The notes: a model not told the origin generated them from the sequence alone. A stretch of DNA of 64,000 nt from Histomonas meleagridis 2922-C6/04-290x (GCA_020184695.1 JAANOX010000237.1:62001-126000), one strand, 5' to 3'. Shown: positions 23,561 through 35,046, counted from the first letter of the stretch. Made by a program: numbers and translations.

Positions 23561-24271
23561 ATGAGCTTGGACCCCCATAGAGAGCTCCAAAAATATGGAA
23601 GAGACATTCGTAGAATTGGAATGGCACGCCTCCCAATAAATATTGAACGTGTGTGTCTTGTTTTTTGTAATACTAATGCCTTTCCATCAAATGCTTCATT
23701 AATCTCATCAATTCGTATTGCTAAACTGGGACGTTGGGTAAACAGTGAAGTATTTTTCATTGAGAACCCTGATGTCCGCGAATTTGGTGATGTTTTATGT
23801 CATTTTTCTTCATATACGACAAAAGAGTTATTTATTTATTTTGCAGGAAACCCAATTTCACAAGATTACACAGGTGACAAATCTATCCTTAAACTTCGTG
23901 ATGGATCAATAAGTCCAGATTCGTTTTATTCTTCAATCAACGATAAACCAAATGACCTCAAAATCATTATTGCTTTTGATGGAACTAATGATCCCGAAAA
24001 GTGGAATCCTGAAAACTATGCACTTACTGAACCGGGCGTCATTTTTATTGCGCCATATCCTGATCTTTCAAAAGCCCATTTGCAACAATTTGACCTTAAG
24101 AACGAATCAATATTTGTTTATGAAATGTACCTAAAATTAAAGTCTGATCCATACACAACAGGACAAGATATACAAACCCATTTACAAAAGATTTTACTCA
24201 AGTTTGGTCAGAAAGTTAGTTGCACTTCTCATCCACCAGAGCTTAAAAACAGTGCAATCTTAGTAATATAA
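23561..24271 (+). CDS. Metacaspase-like (clan CD) fold protein lacking the His/Cys dyad
   Basis: CLVFCNT, LFIYFAGN at the HG position, IIIAFDGT at the DAC position. Confidence 0.55.
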   Translation: MSLDPHRELQKYGRDIRRIGMARLPINIERVCLVFCNTNAFPSNASLISSIRIAKLGRWVNSEVFFIENPDVREFGDVLCHFSSYTTKELFIYFAGNPISQDYTGDKSILKLRDGSISPDSFYSSINDKPNDLKIIIAFDGTNDPEKWNPENYALTEPGVIFIAPYPDLSKAHLQQFDLKNESIFVYEMYLKLKSDPYTTGQDIQTHLQKILLKFGQKVSCTSHPPELKNSAILVI

Positions 24272-24615
24272 TAATGAATAAATTACTTTTTTTTTTCATT
24301 TGAAATATTTCACTTAAAAAACCAATTAAATTTTCATCTCGTGCTGCGGTATATTTGATTTTTAAATACATTAACTTTTTGACTTTTTCAAGATTTGAAA
24401 ATTTGTAATTGCAGTTAAATCATCCCATAACATAAATTATTCTGGTTTCTGATGCCTATTTATATTATTTAAATGATATATTACATATGTGATCAAGAAA
24501 ACAAAGCTAAATTTTTTCAAAATCTTTTGGAGAAAAATGAACACGATAGAGATATTTCAATTGAAATTCAGAGAGGCGTTAATGTGTAAAGTTATTAAAA
24601 TTTTGTTCCTTTTTT

Positions 24616-26118
24616 ATGGCCAACAAAGAAGAGAATGAAAAGCAAACAGTTGAAAATATCAGCAGTATGAACACAATCACAAATGAAGATCAAATTAAGT
24701 CAAATGATGATATACTTGGAAGGGAAAAACCATTCAAAACAATATTCATGATGTCACTTGGACCCTTCTTTGCCGAAATTGTTGCAGCAGCATATGGAAT
24801 TATAGATTCTTTTTGGATTTCTCAAGCTTGTGATGAAGATGGTCTAGCAGCATTATCTCTCTGTTCTTTATTAGATACTATAGGCCGAGCGTTTGGTATG
24901 TTTGTGAGTTCTGCTGTTTCATCACAACTTTCCAAGCTTAGAGGTCGAAAAGAATATGATTCGATATCACAAGTTTTTGCTGATATTTTCCGCTTCTGCT
25001 TTATACTTGGTATCATTTCACCAGCCATTTTAATTCCATGTACTAAACCTCTTATGCACTGGTTTAGTGCCACCGATAAAATTGTTGATCTTGCCTTTTC
25101 TTATATTGTACCAATTCTTTCTGGTTCCATTATAACGTGTCTTAACCTTATGTTTTGTGGTATGCTTCAATCTGAAGGTCGATCGTTTGCTTATTGTGCA
25201 GTTCAAATTGGTACCTTTATACTTAATGGTGGTGTTTTTGATCCTCTTTTCATGAAAGCCTTTAAGCTTGGAATGTTTGGCGCAGGTTTATCTACAGTTT
25301 GCTCCGAGTTTTGTACCATGCTCGTTGTTGCCGTTTTGTTTTTCTTCAAGAAGTTCGATACCAAAATCACATTCTCGAACTTAATACATAAATTTTCACC
25401 TGAAACAAAAGATGCGCTTTCAGTAGGGTTTACTCAATTTGTTTCTCACATATGTTTTAACATTCCAAGTTTCTTTTCACGGAAATATGTAAGCATTGAT
25501 GCATCTAAATCCGAATATTCATTAGTTTTGACCGCCTATAATGTTGTCCTTCGGACTTGGTCTATTCCAGGCTCATATTGTCTTGCGATGTCTGTTGGTT
25601 TTCTTCCAACTGCATCATATGCGATTGGTGCAAAACGGTATAAGCGCTATTTAAAGCTTGTTTTCTGGGCTTTGATTTTAACGTTTGCTTGGTGTGCAGT
25701 AATCGAAGTTATATTGTTAACGCTTGGAAGTTATATCGCTATTCCATTTGGAAATAATACAAAAGAGTTTCGAGATCTCGCGGAAAAGATGTTACGAATT
25801 TCGTATATGTTTGCAGTGTTAATGGGAATACCAGAAGTAACCGGAGGTATATTACTATCTACGAAAAAAACTGTTCCAGCTTTAATAGTAGCAATTTTAA
25901 CACAGTTTTTACCTGTTCCAATGTTCGCAATGATATTGTTTTACACAGATAAAACTTATGATGTAGTTAGATTAATGTATATGTATGCACTTCACGATGT
26001 GTTTTCAGCAGTCGTAAGTTTGCTTTTCATGATACCGGTACTATATCAGATTAATAAGCTAGGGAAAGAAAGGAAGAATTCGTTGGTAAATGACCAGCCA
26101 TTGTTGGCAAGCCAATGA
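24616..26118 (+). CDS. MATE family transporter
   Basis: About 12 hydrophobic segments; MMSLGPFFAEIVAAAYGIIDSFWIS, GMLQSEGR, GMFGAGLSTVCSE. Confidence 0.9.
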   Translation: MANKEENEKQTVENISSMNTITNEDQIKSNDDILGREKPFKTIFMMSLGPFFAEIVAAAYGIIDSFWISQACDEDGLAALSLCSLLDTIGRAFGMFVSSAVSSQLSKLRGRKEYDSISQVFADIFRFCFILGIISPAILIPCTKPLMHWFSATDKIVDLAFSYIVPILSGSIITCLNLMFCGMLQSEGRSFAYCAVQIGTFILNGGVFDPLFMKAFKLGMFGAGLSTVCSEFCTMLVVAVLFFFKKFDTKITFSNLIHKFSPETKDALSVGFTQFVSHICFNIPSFFSRKYVSIDASKSEYSLVLTAYNVVLRTWSIPGSYCLAMSVGFLPTASYAIGAKRYKRYLKLVFWALILTFAWCAVIEVILLTLGSYIAIPFGNNTKEFRDLAEKMLRISYMFAVLMGIPEVTGGILLSTKKTVPALIVAILTQFLPVPMFAMILFYTDKTYDVVRLMYMYALHDVFSAVVSLLFMIPVLYQINKLGKERKNSLVNDQPLLASQ

Positions 26119-26444
26119 GAAAACCGCCGCCGGTTTCACACAAAAAATGGGGTTTGAGTGGAGCAAACGGTTACTTTGCCAAAGTCATAAATTCTTTTGT
26201 GTTTATAATAATAAAATATTCTTTTTATAGAGCAATTTGATAATTTTTTATTTCATCATATTCTTTTTATTATTTGATGGTTGAAAGTTGACTATGAAAG
26301 ATTAAGAACTGAAAATTGGATCTGAATAATTTGAACGAAATCACAAAAAAAACGAATGGAGAACATTGAATTTTCAATGTTCGATCGAACAAAGTTATTA
26401 AAAAAATTGTCAATTTTTTCGGGGGGTGCAAATTTGTCAATAGG

Positions 26445-27647
26445 ATGTCTGATGTACCTAAATCAATTTCCTATTTGAAGGAAGCACAAAAGACTATCAA
26501 AAATTACCTTGATCTCCTTGGCATTCTTAACGAAAAATTCATAAATCCATACCAAAATAAATTTCCAGATTATCAAAGCAGTAAGTTTTGGTCAATATTT
26601 AAACGAATACCAGCTGTGATGGAAAGAACCGAATTACTTAATAAAGCAATTCAAGATCATATTGATGCTAATGATCCTCAAAAACCAATTTCAGAAATTT
26701 TTGCAGATATTCAACAATACTTCACAGTTTATTTTGATTATACCCAAAAGTACAACAAGGTTTATGAAAGCTTAAAAGATGAAAGAATCAAAAACAAAGA
26801 AAAAGATGATTTCTTTGCAGAGGCCGAAGATGAAACCAATTTCCCAGTTGAATGTCTTTTACTTACGCCCATTCAACACTTATTATTTTTATCTCCATTA
26901 CTTGAATCACTTCTTGAATATTCAACCGTTAACGGTGAAGACTCTCTTGCTTTAAATAATGCGCTCTCACTTTCCAAGAGTGAAATTGCACGTATGAGCA
27001 TTCTTTTCAACGAAGTAGCTGACGGTGAAGAGATGCAAAGACTTGAAAAGACGATAGACGGTTTTGACGTGGCAAAAACCGGAAGACGTTTATTTTTCAA
27101 AGGCGAAGCCACAAAATTCTCGCGAAAAACCAAAGATGTCCGTACAATTATCATTTTTAGCGATGGCCTTTTCATCGGCAAAGGAAATAAGTTCACTCGT
27201 TTTGTTCCATTAGGTGAATATAGGATCAAATCTGTGGAAGACAAAGGACCATTCCTTAATGCGGTCGACATACTGACAAAAAAGAAAAGCTTCAGAGTTA
27301 ACTTTGATAACCCTAAGCTTAAGGACAGAATACTTTCTGCATTTACAGAAGCATGCAATATCTTTCGGCGAAAATGGCCACAGGCTCCAAGCAATGCGGA
27401 CTTTGCTCCTGTGTGGATTCCGGATGAACTTGTACCGAAATGTATGATATGTGATTCCAAATTTACATTAATTAATAGGAGACATCACTGTCGAAATTGT
27501 GGTGATTGTATCTGTAGCTCATGCGCAAAACACAAAATAACATTGCAATTCTCGGATAAGAAGCCACAAATGGTATGTAATAAGTGCTATGAACAATTGA
27601 CAGCAAAGAAGACAGAACAAGAAGAGAACAAAACAGAACAAGAATAA
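26445..27647 (+). CDS. DH(RhoGEF)-PH-FYVE protein (FGD-like)
   Basis: LLLTPIQHL (DH), PH segment, WIPD...CMIC...RRHHCRNCGDCICSSC...VCNKC (FYVE). Confidence 0.85.
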   Translation: MSDVPKSISYLKEAQKTIKNYLDLLGILNEKFINPYQNKFPDYQSSKFWSIFKRIPAVMERTELLNKAIQDHIDANDPQKPISEIFADIQQYFTVYFDYTQKYNKVYESLKDERIKNKEKDDFFAEAEDETNFPVECLLLTPIQHLLFLSPLLESLLEYSTVNGEDSLALNNALSLSKSEIARMSILFNEVADGEEMQRLEKTIDGFDVAKTGRRLFFKGEATKFSRKTKDVRTIIIFSDGLFIGKGNKFTRFVPLGEYRIKSVEDKGPFLNAVDILTKKKSFRVNFDNPKLKDRILSAFTEACNIFRRKWPQAPSNADFAPVWIPDELVPKCMICDSKFTLINRRHHCRNCGDCICSSCAKHKITLQFSDKKPQMVCNKCYEQLTAKKTEQEENKTEQE

Positions 27648-28272
27648 ACGATCTAATTCTAGGCATTTGAAAATATATTTTCGTATTCAATTGTCAGGTC
27701 CAATTCAAAAAATTATATTTTCTAAAGGTAAAACTTATACGTATGAAGAGTGTACATTACCTTTATTATTTTTATTGATAAATATCTAAATTTGAATATT
27801 TTTAAATTTATGTTTTTTTTTTTTTTTTAATCTATACCAATTTTATATAGCTTGATGGTTTTAAACACCACATTAAATAATTTTTATCAAGAGACAAAAT
27901 TTCATAATGTTGCTGATTTAATTTCTTATGAGACAATGTATGATATTCCAATCTATTACTACATCAGTAAATAATGCCTCTTGGATTTATAGAGAAAAAT
28001 TAGGCCGAAATCATCGCTGGCTTTTTATCCAAAAAATCTGGCTGGCACTTTTTAAATTGAGTTAAACCGCCTGCCACCGGATACTCCTTTACATAAATTT
28101 CAAATGAATTGAATAGGAAAAAAAAAATAAACCAGGGATAATTACTTCTCAAAAAGTTCTATCGTCTCATTCTTCGATATTTTTCTCAACCTAAACTTAT
28201 CGTCATCAATTGAAAATACAGTGGCTACGTCGACCGAATAACCAATCAAAAACCAGCATAATAACTTCAATC

Positions 28273-30255
28273 ACGATTTTGCATCTTTTCTTAATTATTG
28301 CTCACATATTTAGGTGTACGCACGACATAGAACAAGATAAGGTTCTTCGTTATGCACCACCAACTAAACTTATTCGTGCTGATTCTAATGAAACAAAATT
28401 TCGAACAGATAATAGAAAACCAATTAGAGTACATTTTGACACGTCTCCAATAACGAGTGACTCAATTGATAGCAACAGATGTTTTGCATCAGGACAAATT
28501 AAAAATGGTCAAACTTGTCAAGCAGAAGATGTACTTACAGCAGATAAAACAAAAGTTATCTTAGAAACCATTAAAAATGTTCAGCAATACATCCATAATA
28601 TTGTCAATGTAACACAATATGAAGGCGAACTTACACTTCGTGATATTACAGGTTTGACTGGTGTTAACAAAACAGTAACAGGTATTGATCTTTATCTTTT
28701 CGTTGTATCTCGACCATTTGGCTCTACCTCGTCCACTTTAGCCACAGCATCAACAATAGATGTCAATTACAAAGATGAAGATAAAGGTCGTCCAGTTGAA
28801 GGTCTTGTCACAATCAATCCAGCCAAGGTTCCAAGCCAACCACAAAACGCGAGTAGTGGTGATCGCCAATTTTTTGTCACAATTGTTCATGAACTTATGC
28901 ATGTTCTAGCCTTTTCCGCCAACCATTTTAATCGCTGGGTTGACCGTGCCACTGGCCAAATGTATCCCAGCACAATAACGCAATATGTGAATTCATATGG
29001 ATTAACCCAACGATTCATCAGCACACCCAAACTCACAGAATGGGTCAATGACCGCTTCCAAGTTCTTGACAAAAACTTAGCCACTTTAGGATTAGAAATT
29101 GAAGATGGCGGTGGTTCTGGTACTGCAGGATCTCATCCAAACTCGCGCTTATACTTCACTGATGCCATGCAAGGTATCACATATGGCCCCGGCTACTTCA
29201 CTGGTGTCTTTTTCTACACGTTATACGACTCGGGATGGTATGATCCCAACTACACATTCATGGAAGAACTTGTTTATATGAACATGAAGTTACACAAGAC
29301 ATCTCCTCCAAACCAAAACGTATTAGTAATGCCTCCGAAGTTAACATTTCCAAGTGATTACTTCTGTTCATCTTCGTATCAAAACTATTGTTATTATGAC
29401 TATTCAACCAAAGCGAACTGTAACATCCGAACAGAAGCAGCGGCGCGAAGTTCGACGGAAGGATTCCCCGCCGAGGGCACCAACGAGTCACTATGGATCA
29501 ATCCCGACGGCGGAATGATTGGCTCCGAAGAGCTCTTAGACTATGCGCCTGTGTTAACCCCCACTTATTTGAACTGTCGCAATCCGAATGTGCCGAATGA
29601 ATATCCTGACTACGCGCGCAGCTTCGAAACGTACGGCCCGAGCAGTGTCTGCGCGTACAGCACGATGATTGGCTCCATCTACGACTTGACATTGACTGCG
29701 AACCCCATCTGCGTGCAAGCGCGCTGCGGCTCCGACGGAAAGATACGTCTGATATTGAAGGACGGAGTCGAGTACTTGTGCACGCGCAAGGGAAAGAAGG
29801 TGTACCAGAAGGGAAGGCTCGGATACGTCGAATGCCCGAACGCAGACGAGGCGTGCGCGAACTTGCCGAAGACACCAATGATCGACGTGCAAAGCGTGAT
29901 ACCGGATAGAGGGCCGTCGGACGGAGGTAACTTCTTGTCGATCATCGGAAAGGACTTGAACACTATGCAAATCACTGAGCTGAAGTTCGGAGATATTGAC
30001 ATGTTGCCGTACATAGTAACAAATACCGATGACGGAATTTTGTTGAAGTTACCAAAGGATACCTTGCAAATACCAGAAAGTATAATTATGGTGCCGCAAA
30101 CATTGAGCATAAAGGCCGTGGGTGAGCCAGATACACAAATTCAAAACTTTTACACATTCACAAGTAGAACATACGATAGTAACGCAGTCAGGCAGTTAAA
30201 AGTGTCGGCGGTATTAATCGTATTTGTATCATGTGCGCTATCGTTCTTGATTTGA
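28273..30255 (+). CDS. GP63: GP63/leishmanolysin-like M8 metallopeptidase with IPT-like domain and C-terminal anchor; predicted start codon is ACG
   Basis: HELMH zinc motif, EDGGGSGTAGSH, Cys-rich domain, PDRGPSDGG; signal-peptide-like ILHLFLIIAHIFRC follows ACG at 28273. Confidence 0.88.
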   Translation, partial: TILHLFLIIAHIFRCTHDIEQDKVLRYAPPTKLIRADSNETKFRTDNRKPIRVHFDTSPITSDSIDSNRCFASGQIKNGQTCQAEDVLTADKTKVILETIKNVQQYIHNIVNVTQYEGELTLRDITGLTGVNKTVTGIDLYLFVVSRPFGSTSSTLATASTIDVNYKDEDKGRPVEGLVTINPAKVPSQPQNASSGDRQFFVTIVHELMHVLAFSANHFNRWVDRATGQMYPSTITQYVNSYGLTQRFISTPKLTEWVNDRFQVLDKNLATLGLEIEDGGGSGTAGSHPNSRLYFTDAMQGITYGPGYFTGVFFYTLYDSGWYDPNYTFMEELVYMNMKLHKTSPPNQNVLVMPPKLTFPSDYFCSSSYQNYCYYDYSTKANCNIRTEAAARSSTEGFPAEGTNESLWINPDGGMIGSEELLDYAPVLTPTYLNCRNPNVPNEYPDYARSFETYGPSSVCAYSTMIGSIYDLTLTANPICVQARCGSDGKIRLILKDGVEYLCTRKGKKVYQKGRLGYVECPNADEACANLPKTPMIDVQSVIPDRGPSDGGNFLSIIGKDLNTMQITELKFGDIDMLPYIVTNTDDGILLKLPKDTLQIPESIIMVPQTLSIKAVGEPDTQIQNFYTFTSRTYDSNAVRQLKVSAVLIVFVSCALSFLI

Positions 30256-30292
30256 GTAAATACATTTTATCTTTGAAGTGTTTGCGGATGTT

Positions 30293-30610
30293 AAATATGT
30301 ATTACATTGATATGAAATATGTATTACATTGATATGAAATATGTATTACATTGATATGAAATATGTATTACATTGATATGAAATATGTATTACATTGATA
30401 TGAAATATGTATTACATTGATATGAAATATGTATTACATTGATATGAAATATGTATTACATTGATATGAAATATGTATTACATTGATATGAAATATGTAT
30501 TACATTGATATGAAATATGTATTACATTGATATGAAATATGTATTACATTGATATGAAATATGTATCATATTGATATTAAATATGTATTACATTGATATT
30601 AAATATGTAT
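30293..30610. repeat. Minisatellite of 14 copies of a 22-nt unit AAATATGTATTACATTGATATG plus a partial copy
   Basis: Direct reading; last two units carry substitutions; no unique spacers. Confidence 0.95.
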
Positions 30611-30631
30611 TGATTAATATGAATTATTTAT

Positions 30632-33600
30632 TTATTTAAATTTTGCTGTTGCTTCTATAATAATAGTTACGATTTCTCCGTAATTTGCTTTTTTTGCTAA
30701 TATTTTAGCTGTTTCAAATTCTACAAATAAACTCCAAATGTTAAAATGAATTTTTGAAATAATGAAATAAATTTTGTTTTTAGCATTTATATCAATTCCT
30801 TTTTGTTTTAATAATAATTTAACAATATCAAAACAACCTTTACTTGCTGCAAGCATTAAAGCAGTAAAAAGATTATTTTATAAACGCCAAATTTTATGAT
30901 TTAATTCCTTATTAATAATTGAAACTTTAAATAAAATTTACATATATTTTGAAGATTAATATCAATACCTTCTTGTTCAAGAAGTAATTTAACTATTTCA
31001 ATATGATGATTTTGAGAAGCTATCATAAGAGATGTATAAAACGATATAAAAGAATTCCAAATTTAAAATTGAAATCCAATTTTATATAAAAAAACATCAA
31101 ATCCAAAAATCTAAAACTTTTAGCATTAATCTCAATTGTTTTTTGTTTTAAAAGTAATTTAACAACTTTAATATGGCCATTTTGTGATGCATACATAATT
31201 CCAGTCCAAAAAAATTTAAATTCATTCCAAAAAATTTAATGAAATTTGATATTATTTATACAAACTTTGAACAAAACAATAAAAAATTTTTGTGATTAAT
31301 ATCTATATCTTTCTGTACTAAAAGTATTTTAACAATTTCTTTATGCCCGTTAATACAAGCAAGTATTAATGATGTATCATATTATTTATAAAAATTCCAA
31401 ATTAAATAATGAAATCCAATATAAAAGAAATTAGCTTCAAATATTATGAATTAATATTATTTTCGTTAACATTTATTCCTTTATTAAGAAATAATTTCAC
31501 AATATCAATAAATCCTTGTGACGATGCAATCATAAATGATGTTAAATATAAAAAAAAGAAAACTCCAAAAATAATATAGAAATATTATAACATTAAAATT
31601 AACTTGAATTTTACAATTTATATCAATTTCTTTTTGTTCAAGAAGTAATTTGACAATTTCAATATTTCCTTTTTCACATGCAAAAATAAGAGCATTTTTA
31701 AATAATATTTATAAAATCCGATTTTAAAAATTAAACATTGGTAAATAAATATAAACTATGAAAATTACTATAAGACATTTTTTGAATTAATATCATTTAA
31801 TTTTTGATTAACAAGTAATTTAATAATGTTTACATTGCCATTTTGGACAGCTAATAAAAGCGCATTCATTTTTTACACAAACAAACACCAAATATGAATT
31901 TAAAATTGTAAATCAATTAAGTTAACATTAAATAATTTTAATTAACATCTTTTACATTAATATCAATTCCTTTTTGTTCTAAAAGCTTTTTAACAATCTC
32001 AATATGATTATTTGAACATGCATACATAAAAGCGTTTCGAAATTATTTATACAAATTTTAAAAAATTTTAATAAACAATAAATTATTTAAATGAATATAT
32101 TATAATTTAAATAAATATTTATATCATTAATATCGATATCTTTTCTTTCGAGAAGCATATTAACAATTTCAATATTGCCATTTATACAAGCAATCATTAA
32201 TGGCGAAAAAAATATTAAAATCATATATTTTATTTAAATTTGAAATTTCAAATTATTTTCAGAAACTTTAAATGAAATAAAAAAACATTTTTTGAGTTAA
32301 TATCTATGTCTTTTATCTTAAGAAGAAATTCAACAACTTTAGTTTGATTCATTTGAGTTGCTAATATCAGTGGTGTATTAAAAAACTATAAAAAATTTCA
32401 AATCATATATTTTAATATCAAATTAATCAAAGAAACTGCGAATTAAATAAAATTACATTTTTTATATTTACATTAATATTTTCATTTTCAAGAAGTAATT
32501 TAATTATATCACTTTGAGATTGATGTATTGCAATTAAAAGTGCTGAATTATAAATATTCGACAAATTCCATAAATTATTTTTAAACATAAAAATAATAGA
32601 AAAAATATATAATAAAACAAAATAACATTAGCAACATTAACATCAATATCATTACAGTTCAGAAGCAACTTAACAATTTCAATGTTACCATTATATATTG
32701 CATAATTTAATGCTGTATTAAACAATTATAATAAAATTCAAAATATTTTTTAGAATTTCAATTGAAAGAAGTATTCCCTATACATGATAAAAAAACATCT
32801 TTCGCATTAACATTAACATTTTTCTGTGAAAGAACCAATTTAACATGATCATAATTATTTTTTTCTGATTCCCAAATAAGAAGTGTTTTAAATATTTATA
32901 ATAAATGCTTTGTGTTCTAATTAAACACGTGCTAATTATTTTCAAAATAAATATCATAACCATTAATATCAATTCCCTCTTGTTGAATAAGCATTTTAAC
33001 TATTTCATTGTTATCATTTTGAAATGCACATGAAAGAGCTGAAAATAACACAAATAAATTTTCGAATATAATTACAAAAAACTTTACACAAAAGAAATAA
33101 ACAGGAAATTAAACAAATAAAAACCAAAATTTAATATTATTCCTTTACACCCTAGAAGTAATTTGACGATTTCAACATAACCTTTTGAACATGCGATATT
33201 AAGTGGGCTAAAACAAATAAAAAAACATCACTAAAAAAATCAAGTAAACATTAAAAAAAATTAAAATAACATCAGACGAATTAATATCAACATTGCCTTG
33301 TTCTAGTATATATTTTACAAGTTCAATGTTTCCAGACATTACTGCAGAAGGAAATAAATTATTTGATAATTTAAATCCTTCCAAAGTCATAAAATATTTC
33401 ATTAAATATAAATTACCATTTTTACAAATTGTTTGACATAAACATTTTATTTCCTTATTTTTGCTAAATAAATAAAATAAAATATTATAATTATCATAAA
33501 TAATACATTTTTCCTCTAACGCGTTAATATTATCCAAAGTGCAAATATCATTATCAAGAATATAATGAAATATATCATTTCGATGAAATTCGATTGATGC

Positions 33601-34449
33601 TTCTAATGCTCCATTAAATGATGAGGAACACTGTAAACACAAATGAATGATTTCTTCATTTTCACCAGCAACTGCATATTTGCCTGTATTATTTGCATTT
33701 GCTCCATTCATAAGTAAATACTTAAAACATTTAACTGATCCAAAAAATGCTGCATAATCAATTAATGTAACATTCTTTTGATTGATAAATGAACATCTTT
33801 CATAAAGTGATGGCTCAATTCTTTGATTAAAATCGAAATTTGCTTGTGATGATATTTCTTGAAGTTTTTCGATTTCATCATTTCGAATTATCTTTGCAAT
33901 TTCATTTGGATTAACTCCTTCTTTAATATATTTTTCACGAAGTTCCCAATCATTCTTTGAAAATTGTTTAAGGGAGGAAAATATATAAATTGGTTTTTCT
34001 TTATTGTGATGTCTAAAATAGTCAGATTGGATTGTTCTAATTGTATTTTTTCCAATTAACTTTTCATTAATCATAAATTCAAGAAGATAAAATGATTCTT
34101 TGGTCTGTAAATTAAGAAGAAATAATGTAAATATCTCGATTACTATATTTTTATTTTTATCAAACTCTTCTTCATTTTCATTATCAAGAAAATGACAATT
34201 AAGAAATTCAACGTTTTTCAAAATGATTTGTTCAATTGATACTTCAAATTCTTTTAAAAAATGAAAGAGAAGAATAACATTATAACATTGTTTGTAAAAA
34301 GAATAAGAAAGTCGGCATATAATAAAAACAAAAGAATATGGGTAATTTTCATCAAATAAATCAATGATTGATAGAATGCTTGAAGAAACATTATCAGGAT
34401 TTAAATTAAAAATAAGTTGTTCAAGAGATGATAAGATGTTAATATTCAT
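30632..34449 (-). CDS. DUF3447-type ankyrin-repeat gene (locus 2) with 16 spacer-split hairpins
   Basis: ORF 33208-34482 (ATG 34449) has the DUF3447-type block; 16 further ankyrin segments continue to the stop at 30632 after spacer removal, with no internal stops seen. Confidence 0.85.
30716..33270 (-). other. Sixteen clusters of 17-nt spacers with micro-exons (60 spacers), period mostly 170 nt
   Basis: Clusters 33210-33270, 33043-33122, 32890-32952, 32720-32796, 32550-32626, 32380-32456, 32210-32286, 32040-32116, 31870-31946, 31700-31776, 31546-31603, 31379-31455, 31209-31285, 31039-31115, 30869-30945, 30716-30772. Confidence 0.88.
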
Positions 34450-34559
34450 TTTAATTATAATATTCGTTATTTTGTAATCCAATATTTGATTCGGGTAAAG
34501 CTAAGAAATGAAAATAAAGTTCATTCTTCAGGTGTGGTGGAGGTATTTCTACTCATGAG

Positions 34560-34800
34560 TAGTTTCAACTTGAAACCTACTTTTTTTACCAAACATATTC
34601 AACAGTTTAAATAATATTTATGCTAACATTAATTATTTTTTGTTCAAGATATGATTTAACACTTTTATATGACCATTATCATTATGAAAAGCATATAACA
34701 TAAATTCATGAATTTAAAAATAAATACAAAATTATATAAAAAACGTAAAATTTTAATAAATAAATATATTCATATTAAATGTGTTTTGTCCAATAAGTAA
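34560..34800 (-). pseudogene. Degenerate ankyrin fragment with remnants of the spacer architecture
   Basis: LLIGQNTFNMN, NGHIKV and LEQKIINVSIN in broken frames, separated by U-rich 16-17-nt tracts. Confidence 0.4.
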
Positions 34801-35046
34801 TTACCAAATTCTCAATATCTGAATGAAGAATAAAATTTTAATCATTTTAATTTCCTTCCACATAAAGTTTAAATTTACAACAAACAATAAATTTTTTCAG
34901 GAAAATTTTAATCCCAAACATTACATGTAATTACTTTTTTTTTCACATGTAAATTTTTTTTTAATTTGAATGAACGGACATTTTTTAATAAAAATCAAAA
35001 ATATATAATTTTATTTACAAGTTTTTGATACAATGTCACAATTTCA

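Noticed and set aside
30293-30610. CRISPR-like array
   Set aside because: Units are contiguous with no unique spacers, there are no cas genes and the context is eukaryotic.
30716-33270. 170-nt period as a nucleosome-positioning signal
   Set aside because: Fully explained by 93 nt of coding plus the 77-nt cluster; the period changes when exon length or spacer number changes.
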